A DNA stretch of 64,000 bases, taken from contig OX597820.1 of the NCBI GenBank assembly GCA_951406725.2, positions 23,250,001 through 23,314,000 of the forward strand, read 5' to 3'. The notes beneath the pieces are model-generated. The model did no database searches. It was not told where the DNA came from and saw only the letters and a list, made by a program, of their open reading frames with translations. Shown piece by piece: positions 52,091-64,000 of this stretch; position 1 is the first letter of the stretch; every line of letters begins with the position of its first letter. This DNA is from Octopus vulgaris (taxonomy: Eukaryota). The translations under genes and the position numbers were made by a program.

Positions 52091-52399
52091 TAGTTGGTAG
52101 ACTACAGACAATTTGGTCATAAGTTCAATTCATATAACTAGTACATGTCTGGACAAAACACAGATAACTCTGTTTATCTTAGTAGCAAAACAAATTCCAA
52201 TCATAATTTTGTAAGTAATGGGTTAAGCATTCAACTGATAAAAACAAGGAAAATATGTCAAAGTTTTAGCTTTTCAGACCATTAACTTCGTGTTTAGAGA
52301 GGAAAGGTTTCTCATATTTACATCTACACATGAACAGTTTGATCCTTAATTATCACCAGGTGTTTTATTCCTGGACATGTACATTTGTACCAAACTGAA

Positions 52400-52912
52400 T
52401 TCATACTTGTACTTGTAACGGCATTCACCCAGGGCGGGTTGAGCTGGCTTCTCTGGTCTTGACAGCATCACGAACCGTGGTGGTCCACACTCGACTGTCC
52501 TGTGCGAGGTCATTGGAGATAGTGAGCCATTCGTGGTTCCATCTGTGCAGACCAACCACCTACGGACCTGAGAGTTCGGAGAGGTCCTCCTTTAATGTCG
52601 TTGATCAGGTCTTCAGCTGCCCACCCATGCATTTGCACCAGTTGGGAAGTGGAGGTGAGAGGAGGACATCGTGAATCAGCTCACCCTCTGGACACCGGGC
52701 TGCATGACCGAACCACCTTAAGCGCCATTGTAGAAGCACCGAAGGGAGGGGCCGGAGATTCAGGCAATGATGAAGACTGGCTGTATGAACCCAATCAATG
52801 CGTCGGCAGCGAAGAATGCGGCGGAGACAGTCATTGTCAAACACTTCCAACCTTCGCTGATCGGCTACCCTCATAGGCCATGTTTCACAACCATACAGGA
52901 GGATAGTTTGGT
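52400..52912 (-). mobile_element. RTE-clade LINE 3' fragment with (CAAGTA)n tail
   Basis: LLYGCETWPMRVADQRRLEVFDNDCLRRIL...RLRWFGHAAR; tail tacaagtacaagta on - strand. Confidence 0.85.
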
Positions 52913-54547
52913 ACAAATTAGTTTAATGGACCCCTTATTAATTTTATCATGGAACACATAAGATTTTCAAAGGAAAAAAAAATTGTAGACCCTATGCTTA
53001 TATTTTATGGAAAAGTCTTGCAAACCTGAATTTGAATGACATTAAATGAAACAAAACTTGTGTTAGGGAGAGAATTTATTCATATAAAAATTGTAAACTC
53101 ATATATTTTGAAGATGGTGCAAGCATGAACTGTGTAGTTAAGAAGTTCACTTCTCAACCACATAGTTTTGGATTCAATCCTACTGCATGGCACCTTTGAC
53201 ATGTGTTTTTTACTATAGCCCTGGGACAATCAAATCCTTATCAATGCATTTGGTAGAAAGAAACTGAAAGAAGCCTATCATATACCCACACACACACACA
53301 TCATCATCATTTAACGTCCGCTTTCCATGCTAGCATGGGTTGGACGATTTGATTGAGGACTGGCAAACCAGATTGCTGCACTAGGCTCCAATCTTGATCT
53401 GGCAGATTTTCTACAGCTGGATGCCCTTCCTAACGCCAACCACTCCGAGAGTGTAGTGGGTGCTTTTATGTGCCAATAGCACGAGGGCCAATCATATATT
53501 TATATTTATATATTTATATACACGTGTGTGTATCCTTTTCTTGACATTGTGTGAGAGTTGTAAACGTTTGTTACTGTTATACAAGCAGTATCATTCATTT
53601 CCGATATTCTGTGGAAACCTGTCTAGTTATGGAGGAAATATTACCTTAGTTGGAAACAGGTGAGGGCTGGCAACTAAAAGGGCATCTGGCCATCGAAAAT
53701 CTGCCTCAAATAAAATCTGCCAATCTATGTAAGCATGGACAAGTGGACATTAAATGATGATGATAAATACACACACAGTGGACCAAAAGTCACAAAGTCT
53801 GACTGCATATTAAGTGTGCATAACCCAGTGGCTTCGCACCAACTGCATTTTTATATTTCATGGCTTTTAATTCATTTTCTCTGTGTGTGTGTGCGTGTGT
53901 GTGTGTGCATGTGTGTGTGTTTATATCTCTGTCTTGACATCACAAGATAGATGTAAACAAGTGTCACTGTCAAGCAAGCAGTGTTATTTATTTTCAGTCT
54001 TCCATGAAAATGTGCCCAGCCAAGGGGAGATATTAGATTGTTTGGAAATAGGTGAGGCTTGGTGACAGGAAGGGCATCCAGCTGCAGAAAAATCTGCCCT
54101 AAGGAATACTAATTGACCCATGCAAGCATTGAAAGGTGGATGCTAAGATGGTGGTAGTAGTGGTGGTGGATATCGGTTTGTATAAAATACAGTTTTTAAT
54201 AGACAACTTTCTTCGAGGAGCCCCAGAATTTTTGCACAGAATGTAGTTAAAGAAAATTTGGCCTTGTGGTTAAGAAATAAAGGGTCTTTGATTAAATCCA
54301 ATTTCATATTATGTAAATATGAAGCAATAAGATATTTGATGGCCATCAGAGAGTGAACCATTTAAATCATGTTGATATATAAACATCCTCACATAAGGCT
54401 TTGGTTGACCTAGGGCTATAATAGAACATACTTGCTCATGTGACACCTTGGACAAGAGTCTTCTACTATAGCTCTGGACCAACCAAAGCCTTGTGAAGGG
54501 ATTTGATAGATGGAAACTGAAAGAAGCTTATGTGGTGTGTAAATAAA

Positions 54548-54587
<40 letters not shown>

Positions 54588-56020
54588 AGTGTGTCTGTTT
54601 CCTTGTTTTGACTTCACGTGATAGATGTAAAATTATTGCGACAGTCATACGAGCAGTTATTCATTTCCAATACCCTGTGAGGACTTTTGACCATGGGTGG
54701 AATATTTACTTTGTTGGAAACAGATAAGGGTTGGTGACAGGAAGAGCATTTGGCCTTAGGAAAATCTGCCTCAATAAATTCATTCTGATCCATACAAGCA
54801 TTGAAAAGTGGATGATAAGGATGATTTGTATATCTACATTCTTGCATTAAGGTTAATGGTCAGGAGATATAATATTAACAATTCATTTTGATTAGTTAAT
54901 ATTCAGGATAAATTTCAGAATTCTAAAAAACTTCAGGCAGTCAACTTTGATAACAATAAATCAAAAGAAAAATTTGTTGAATATCAAATAAATTTAACTG
55001 TTGCACAGCTATTAAATTTATTCAACTTGTTTTTCTTTAACATTTAGGTGGAGAAGGCTAGCCATAGGATTTGGTTAAAAAGAGACGATGAGCAATGGCT
55101 AGAAGAATATTGAGCTTTATTTGATAACCAGTTGATCTAGCAAGCAGGGCTTCATATCAGTGAGGGGGACCGGTGCGCATTGATGCCGTCGAGAGGTAGG
55201 CCCCGAAACGGCGCGCATTCTCTCCTGATGACCCCATACACTTGCTGGCTTCCGGTATGCGGAGTTTTTGACTGGTAGCATTTGCATGTGCAAGTTGTTC
55301 GCAAGACATGCTAACCATAAAATACATTATTTATTGTTAAAACATTCCCTGCAGATTCAAATGTAAATCTTTTTGCTGGTAGTCTTTGTCCAGTGAGCAC
55401 TATCTCCCTTTACATGGAATATGTTCATAATACACATTTCAGTGGTTCACCAGTGTAAGGAGACTTTGAGAAACGAAAGTGTTTTGGCCTTGTTGTGTGT
55501 TTCTTCAGCAAATAATTTGTTTGCTGATTCCTATAATCAAGGCGTAGGAGTGGCTGTGTGGTAAGTAGCTTGCTTACCAACCACATAGTTCCGGGTTCAG
55601 TCCCACCGTGTGACACCTTGGGCAAGTGTCTTCTACTATAGCCTTGGGCCGAGCAAAGCCTTGTGAGTGGGTTTGGTAGACAGAAACTGAAAGAAGCCTG
55701 TCATATACATCATCATCAACATCATCATCATTTAGCGTCCGCTTTCCATGCTAGCATGGGGTCCCCCCAACATCACTTGACAACTGATACTGGTGTGTTT
55801 ACTTCCCCGTAACTTAACGGTTCGGCAAAAGAGACCGATAGAATAAGTTCTAGTCTTACAAAGAAAAAGTCCTGGGGTCGATTTGCTTGACTAAAGGCAG
55901 TCCTCCAGCATGGCCACAGTCAAATGAGATCATACTCTTGTTAAATTCATTGATCCAGAGGGGTAGCTTTGACCAAAGGGATATGCAATGTGATCAAAAT
56001 ACTATAATGTTTTCAAGTAC

Positions 56021-56414
56021 GAGTGGCTGTGTGGTAAGTAGCTTGCTTACCAACCGCATGGTTCTGGGTTCAGTCCCACTGCATGGCACCTTGGGCAAGT
56101 GTCTTCTACTATAGCCTCAGGCCGACCAAAGCCTTGTGAATGGATTTGGTAGACGAAAACTGAAAGAAACCTGTTGTATATATATATATATGTGTGTGTG
56201 TGTGTATATGTTTGTGTGTCTGTGTTTGTCCCTCCCAACATTGCTTGACAACCAATGCTGGTGTGTTTACGTCCCTGTAACTTACCGGTTCGGGAAAAGA
56301 GACCGATAGTATAAGTACTAGGCTTACAAAGAATAAGTCCTGGGGTCGATTTGCTCGACTAAAGGTGATGCTTCAGCACGGCCGCAGTCACATGACTGAA
56401 ACAAGTAAAAGAGT
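56021..56414 (+). mobile_element. SINE family B copy
   Basis: Near full-length match to 8620-9010. Confidence 0.85.
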
Positions 56415-57591
56415 AAGTCTCCTTGTACTGGTGAATTGTGTGTTATTTTGAACACAATACATTGTCTGAAGATTGGAGGTGTCCTACATTGACATAAAAC
56501 ACCAGTGATTAAATATTCATGTTCAAATCTGCCAAAACATTAAGAATAAATAGGTATCTTGTTGCTTAGATCTTGCTTGCACCTATTGCTTACTCCAGCC
56601 CTGGAAGGATTTGAACTCAACACTGCAAGCTTTTATTTAAATTCCTGGGTTGTCTCTCCTACCATTCTTGCAAAGAATCAAAAAATTTTTTTTTTTTTAC
56701 CTCATTATTATGAGTGTAATTTTAATTAATTAAACTAGAAATATGTCACTTTATTGACATATTTAAAGGTGACAAACTGGTAGAATTGTCAAGGCATCAG
56801 ACAAAATGCTCAGTGGCAATTCTTGTGGCTCTTCACATTCTGAGCTCAAATTCCACCGAGGTTAACTTTGCTTTTCATTCTTTTGGCGGTCAGTAAAATA
56901 AGTACCAGTCGAACATTGATTGGGGGTAGGGGGTCGATGTACTCTCAAAATTGCTGGCATTGTGTCAAATTAGAAATTACTATATCTAATGTAGCCAATA
57001 CTAAAATATTTTAAAATATTAAAATATATTAGGAATAATTAAGTGGTGAGAAAATTATTAGGATAATTAAGAGATGAGAAAAAGATAAAATTAATCATTA
57101 GCAATTAATACTATTTTAATTAGGCATCTTATTAGACATCTATGGCAAACCATACACATCAACATACTTGCCAAAGTAGAGATAAGAGAATTCCTATGTA
57201 GAAGCACAATGTGGTAGACTGTAGGAGCAGAGACCCTCTGTCGGTTATGATGATGAGTGTTACAGGTGACACGAACAACTGAACAACCTGTTCATGAAAT
57301 TAACATGCAACTAGCTGAGCACTCCACAATCACATGTACTCTTAATGCTGTCTCAGGAAGATTCAGTGTGACAAGGCTGGCCCTTTGAACTACAGGTACA
57401 TCTCACTTTTGCCAACAGAATGAGCTGGAGCAATGAGACATAGAGTGTTTTGCTCAAGAACATAATGTGCTGCTAGAAATCAAACTATCTTACAATCATG
57501 AGCTGAATACTCTAACCAACTAAAAAACTACATTTCTTCTCAAGTAGGAGCAGAGATTTTGCATATTTTATAGAATAGCCACTAAGTAGAA

Positions 57592-58008
57592 AGGCGGCGA
57601 GCTGGCAGAAACATTAAAACGCTGAACGAAATACTCAGTGGTATTTTGTCTGCCGCTACGTTCTGAGTTCAAATTCTGCCGAGGTCGACTTCGCCTATCA
57701 TCCTTTCGAGGTCGATTAAATAAGTACGAGTTATGCACTGGGGTCGATATAATAGACTTAATCCATTTGTCTGTCCTTGTTTGTCCTTTCTGTATTTGGC
57801 CCCTTGTGTGTAATAAAGAAATAGGTATTTTGTCTGCTACTACATTCTGAGTTCAAATTCCACCGAGGCCAACTTTGCCTTTCATCCTTTTGGGGTCGAT
57901 AAATTAAGTACCAGTTATGCACTGGGGTCGATATAATTGACTTAATCTGTTTGTCTGTCCTTGTTTGTCCTCTCTGTATTTAGCCCCTTGTGGGTAGTAA
58001 AGAAATAG
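57592..58008 (+). mobile_element. SINE family A tandem 1.8-mer
   Basis: Second unit restarts at 57824 from the internal ggtattt position (57640 in unit 1), period 184 nt. Confidence 0.85.
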
Positions 58009-59794
58009 ATATGGCAGCTGAAACTGACTCAAGGTGGCTGGGGATGACAAGATTTCAGATAGAACCCTTCTGTTGGTGAGAACTAATTCAGTCTCTGCTA
58101 CCCCAGTTAGGCAAAATGAACAAGCTAAGGGATGAAGTGTTTGTGAGCCTGAGATACTTGGTTAAACATTGGGGTTTCTGACATTACGCTGAATTCAGAA
58201 GAAACACCTGTAATACCTCTGAACAGCTCCTGCAATTTCTGTGTGGAGCAAAACGACTCAGATGTTTATTTTGCTTGAGAGTAATGACTATTGAATAAAG
58301 ATTTATTGTTGTTGATTGAGCAGACCAATAATCAAAGGCATTTTAGCCATAATCATCTCATCTTTGTTTTCATTTTTCTTTCTCTTTCTCAGACATTGTA
58401 TTCAGTCACTGATGCTGAAAAGTTTCAGAAATGGTGCAGTGCTCAATTAGATTCTCAAAAGAATTTGGCTTTCCTTTGTTTCTGTCCTAGTTCAAACCCT
58501 TCCTTAGTCAACTTTGTCTTTTACCCCCTCAGGGATCTATGAAATAGGTTACTAATCCTGAAATACATTTTATTTGATATACATCAACTGTATCCCACCC
58601 ACCTCCAAGTTTATAAAGGGGAGGTCCTACAGTAGTCCTAGTGCATGCATACAGTCGAATAGATAGGTGTATCCCATTGTGGACTTAGCCAGCAAGAGTT
58701 AAGCGACATGGTCATAGATAGAACACAAAGCTCATAACTTATGGACTATTGACCATTCAATTTGGCTTGGACACCTACATATAAAACAATACAAATTTGT
58801 AAAGCAAAATGATTTATATGATGTGAAAGAAATAACGATGAGGTCTCTAGATTTTTGAAGGATCTCCATAAAATATTACTTCTGTTTTATTTAATCTTTT
58901 GTTCCATTTTCCATTAACAACGAATGCATATGTTACTGTATTTTCTAGTATACAAGTCAATGTAGTATTTAGTATAAACACGTAGTGTAAACATTAAAAC
59001 ATCATTACTATCTTTTCAAATCCCACTGAATTTCATAAGGAATTTTTGGTCCTCCAAAGTCATCTTGGTATATAACTCGATCTACCTTTTTTTGACCCCA
59101 AATTTTGGTCTGAAAAATTCAGCTTATATGTGGGGAAAATATGGTTGTTTCGAAGTGTCATGAAGTGGAATTTAACAATGCAGACTCAACTAGTTTTCTC
59201 AGATTCTACTATTTTACTATGTTGATCAGTTTGAGCAATATTATATTTCAACAAGGGATTTACTCAAAAGATTAAAAAACAAAAAATAAAGTAATAATTT
59301 TGTATCTTAATAATAAAACACATAATCACTTTTTTTTTCTCAAACCAAATTAACTAAAATGTTTTTGGTTGTGTTTTTTTTTCTTTTTTCAAGTGGGGTA
59401 AACATTTTTCATTGAAATATTTGGTGTGTCAATTCTCTTCTTGTTTTTGCTTTCTGTTACATATTCTGATGAATTTCACATTTTATTGATATATCCATTC
59501 AATAACACTGCTGCACATTTTTATCTAATATAGAGTATAATCACTTATATATATATATATATATATATATATGCATAAACATATAACATAAAGTGTGTGT
59601 GTGTGTATATATATATACACATGCATACCTACATATATATGTGTATTTTTGTATACATATATATATATAGTTATAATCGGGAGGCTATTTTCATTTTGAT
59701 TTATTACTAAGTTATCCATTTTTATGATAAACCATATCACAAAGCTGCACTGACAAATCACCATTCCTAATGTCACCCTTCAGGGTGTCTTTAG

Positions 59795-60260
59795 ATTTTT
59801 AGATATACATTTTAGACAATACGAAGGTCTCGCAGAGAATACAAGCACTAGCGATGTTACAAGTTTGCAGCAGCAGATGGACTGAATTTACAGATGGGCT
59901 GAGGACAATAATATGCAGTTTAATGCTAGAAGTTCCAAGCCCTGCACTACAAGCACCCAAAACTGAATGTAAAACTCACAGGATACACTGGCCCATGGTG
60001 ATTACAATTCCAGAACCTAATTCAGTGCAGGACCTGGGTATCAACATGAGTGATGATACCTCTTGCCAAGTGCACATAACCAAAATGTGCAGATGGCTGG
60101 CTGGCTGGCTGGCTGGATCCGGAGAACCGTCAGTACCAGAGAGAAGGAAACCATGATGGTCCTCTAGAGAAAATTCATCCTCAGCCACCTGGACTACTGC
60201 TCCCAGTTATGGTCATCCCACAGTGTAAAATTAACAGCAGACCATGAAGCATTCCAGTAT
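59795..60260 (+). mobile_element. CR1-clade LINE RT remnant
   Basis: IYRWAEDNNMQFN, SVQDLGINMSDD, LSHLDYCSQLWS across frameshifts. Confidence 0.7.
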
Positions 60261-60702
60261 TCCAATCAAAAAATAACCCAAATACTAAACGTAAAATGAT
60301 GAACCATCCCACTTGCATTGTGTGCGCACACACAATCACACACAATCACACATTCATATACCCCCTTTTACATACACACACATATATTCACACAGATTTG
60401 AAATGCTGTTTGATTTATTTTTTTCAGCGTAAAATTTTCATCATCCCACTACCAAGTGTGACATCACTCCTTCCTTCCTTATTCATCTATCACCCTTCCT
60501 TTCTCATTCATAAACACAAGAGTATTATTATAGTAGATTATCTTGGTAACCATGGGAGCTATGGAAAAATACAAAGCACAGCAACACCACCAGATCATTC
60601 TACACATCTAGGTAATTTTTACACGCAATTCCACCCTGTCATTTGGCTGTGAATCCCAAGACAAGAAAGAATCACCCATTTCAAATTTATATGTATAGAT
60701 GT

Positions 60703-61760
60703 ATCTATCTATCTATCCGCTCAGTCGACGTTGACTCTCGGTTACTCGATGGATCAGTGTCCTCCAGTCAGTTCTATCCTGGGCCGCTTCTTTCAGATTG
60801 GCTATGCCCATTCCGGTATCACTCTTGATGGTGTCAAGCCAGCAGGTTCTTGGTCGGCCTCTTCCTCTCTTGCCACTGACCATTCAGAGCATGATGTCCT
60901 TCTCCAGGGATTTTCTCCGCATAATATGACCAAAATATGCCAATCTATGCTTGGTGATCCTAGCTTCTAGTGACATTTTCGGCCTTATCTGCTTAAGAAC
61001 TTCTCCATTGGTGAGCCTCGCTATCCATGGAATCCGTAAAAGTCTTCTCCAACACCAAAGCTTGAATGCATTAAGTCTCTTCTGGTCAGCTTTCTTTAGT
61101 GTCCAGGTCTTGCATCCATATGTTGCTATTAGGAAGACAATTGCATTCACCAATCTGCATTTGGTAGCGAGTCTGATGTCTCTACTCTTCCAGACCCTGC
61201 TCATGCTGACCATTGCCTCTCTGCCTAGTACTATCCACTGTCTTATTTCTGGAATGCAGTCGCCATCTCGATTTATTTTGGAGCCAAGGAAGATGAAATC
61301 ATCAACCACTTCGATCTCTTCATTATCGATCTTGATGCTGATGTTTGTTGTGGCTGCTGTTGACATGATCTTCGTTTTCTTAACATTGAGGTACAGCCCA
61401 AATTTCTCACTCTCTTTCTTGACCAGCAGGACAAGATCCTCCAGATCTTTACCCTCTCTGCCAGCAGGGTTGTATCATCTGCATAGCGAAGGTTATTAAT
61501 ATTTCTTCCTCCAATCCTAACTCCAATGCTGCTATCCTCCAGGCCTGCATTCCTCATGACCTTTTCAGCGTACATGTTGAAGGCTGCTGGTGACAGGATG
61601 CAACCTTGCCGAGTGCCTTTTCCAATCTTAAACCAATCAGTGTCACCATATGGTGTCCGTACTGTAGCCTCTTGGTTTTGATAGAGTGATCTAATAAGCT
61701 GGATAAGGTGTAAAGGTGTTCCCATTTCCTCCAGACATTTCCATAACTTGTCATGATCAA
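60703..61760 (-). mobile_element. 5'-truncated RTE-clade (BovB-like) LINE, RT to C-terminus, (TAGA)n tail
   Basis: GTRQGCILSP, NNLRYADDTTL, DDFIFLGSKI, YGCKTWTLKK, LWCWRRLLRIPW, YFGHIMRRKSLEK; frameshift near 61450. Confidence 0.93.
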
Positions 61761-62152
61761 TTGTTGAAAGTGCACTCCTGGTGCAGTGAATGGGGAAAGC
61801 TTTGTCTGCAATGTTTGCAGTTGTGTATGCTTCTCAAGAGCAGGGCTCATTAGCCACCAACGGAGCCGCAAAGGTTCATGGCCTAGTGGTTAGAGCAGCG
61901 GACTCACGGTCAAGGGATCGCGGATTTGAATCTCAGACCGGGCAATGTGTGCGTTTATGAGTGAAACACCTAAGCTCCACACAGCTCTGGCGAACTTCTG
62001 CTGACTCTTTTGCCACAACTTTCTCTCACTCTTTCCTCTTGCAGCTCACCTGCAACGGACCGGCATCCAGTCCAGGTGGGAAACCTATACGCCAAGGAAA
62101 CTGGGAAACCAACCCTTATGAGCCAGGCATGGCTTGAGAAGGAACAAACAAC

Positions 62153-63295
62153 AACCGCAAAGGCATTCAAAGAAGCAGGATACAACTCTAATATAAAATT
62201 CTTTAACTATTATGAACACAATTATGATAATGATAATACAACAAGTGTTCCTAATAAAACTAATAATAAATCTGACAGTGAAAATATGAATAATAATAAT
62301 AAAAGACAATATAACAAACTAAATAAAGATAAAAACAATATAGTTGTTATTAATGAGTACAATAATAATAGTAATATTGATAATGAGAATATGAGCAATA
62401 GTAAAAAACATTGTAAAGCATACAAGAAGAGATATAATATACCTAAGAATAACAATTTAATACCAATGATGTCTACTAATAATGATAATATAAAAAACAT
62501 AAAAAATAAAAGGGGTATTATATGGTTAATTATTCCATATGTGGATCAAGTGATGACTAATAATATTAAGGAAACACTTAAAATTGTAAAAATGTTTTTT
62601 TTAAAAAGGACAATAGTTATTCAAATATATTTTCCAGTAAAACCATAAGAGTAGGATACTCATCATTAAGAAATGTAGGCAATATCATTTCCTCTATAAG
62701 TAATAAGAAATTAAATAATTATTATAATAGCTTGATAAATGATAGCTCTAGCCATAATATAACCGATAGTGATAGAAGTCTTAATCAACATATAGAAAAA
62801 TGTTCATGTTGTGATAAGACTAAATGTAAGCTCTCTAATAATTGTAATACCGATAATGTAATTTATAAATGTAAGAACATCATCATCGTTTAACGGCCGT
62901 TTTCCATGCTAGCATGGGTTGGACGGTTCGACCGGGGTCTGGGAAGCCAGGAGGCTTCACCAGGTTCCAGTCTGATCTGGCAGTGTTTCTACCGTGAGTG
63001 TAGTGGGTGCTTTTTATGTGCCACCGACACAGGTGCCAGGGGAGGCTGGCATCAGCCAATATATAAGGTTTATATTGGATCAGCAGCTAATGAAATGAAA
63101 AAAAGAATATCCCAACACTAACAGACCTTTAAAAATCCCAATTTAAGTAAGTTCACAGGCTTAAGTAAATATATATGGGAATTTAAATCTAGAAAAAGAG
63201 AGTACACCCTTAATTGGAGTATTATAGGTAGAGCCCACTCCTATAATATTGGGAATAAAATGTGTTTATTATGCATAACAGAATTTATGAAACTA
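62153..63295 (+). mobile_element. Penelope-like element remnant: RT thumb/linker and GIY-YIG endonuclease, split by a family D insert
   Basis: RGIIWLIIPY, KTIRVGYSSLRNVGNIISS, CSCCDKTKCKLSNNC, NVIYKC [insert 62878-63050] KVYIGSA..KKRISQH, TGLSKYIWEFK, NWSII, CLLCITE. Confidence 0.85.
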
Positions 63296-64000
63296 CTACA
63301 GTCTACATTTGAAAACTGCTGCACTGATCCTAATGAAATTTGGAACACAAAATCCAAGCCTAAGGAGAGGGGTAATGCTTGTGTGTTTCATATAATTTCA
63401 TGGACCAAAATTACTGAATGGATCCTTATGATATTTGGAACTTAGATTCAATGCATAAGGGCGGGTATAATGCATTATGTATGGTTTGAATTTCAGATGA
63501 CTTATAGGGGCAGAATCCTATGAAAATTCATAAATTTTCGATGTTGATGAAATTTCAACCATGGGTTGACACATGTCAAGAAGTATTCTCAAAGTTTCCA
63601 CTTCTCATGAGGATTCTAAGACACCCCGATGGGGGCCTTAACTCCCAAATTTTACTCACACAGCTATACATATACATGTATACATATGCATCTATAATAT
63701 ATACATATATATATACATCTTTATATATATACATTTGTGCAGATGTATACATACATATATATATATATACACATAATATTTCTATCTGTTCCACACTTTT
63801 AGCACTAATTAAAAATATAGAATACTGTCATTTTAATCTCTTAGCATTTATTCTACAAAACAAGTTTTAACATAAGATTATCTTATAATTTCATATCATA
63901 TTTTTAATATATATCATAATTAAGTTGGCAAGCTAGTATAATTGTTAGGATGCTGGGCAAAATATTTTGTGGCATCACATCTGAGTTCAAGTTCTTCTAA

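Noticed and set aside
55141-55165. agggcttcatatcagtgag resembles the U11 snRNA 5' end
   Set aside because: Similarity is limited to about 15 nt and the downstream sequence does not follow U11.
62010-62648. 212-aa Asn-rich ORF as a host gene
   Set aside because: Chimeric reading through SINE E into the Penelope-like remnant.

Overview
AT-rich, repeat-dense eukaryotic DNA, most likely an octopod cephalopod (inferred from the tRNA-derived SINE families). The only host gene I can support is the 3' part of C2CD5 (CDP138/KIAA0528) on the + strand: 20 GT-AG exons from 3135 to the stop at 32286, phases consistent throughout, about 694 aa. The N-terminal C2 domain lies upstream of the window. The rest is introns and intergenic DNA with at least five SINE-like families, TTAA-flanked MITEs, a Helitron nested in a MITE, a decayed DD37D/maT transposon, LINE remnants (RTE/BovB-like, R4/Dong-like, CR1, Tx1-like), a Penelope-like GIY-YIG remnant and a tRNA-Lys pseudogene. 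The most notable unexplained signal is a set of type I hammerhead-ribozyme (HHR) motifs. Several lie on the sense strand of C2CD5 introns, one has a G3:C8 core swap, and one pair sits in a head-to-head palindrome of a tRNA-headed, HHR-tailed element. A GC-rich island near 55.2 kb has the hammerhead strands in non-canonical order. All family assignments come from reading and recall, not database searches.
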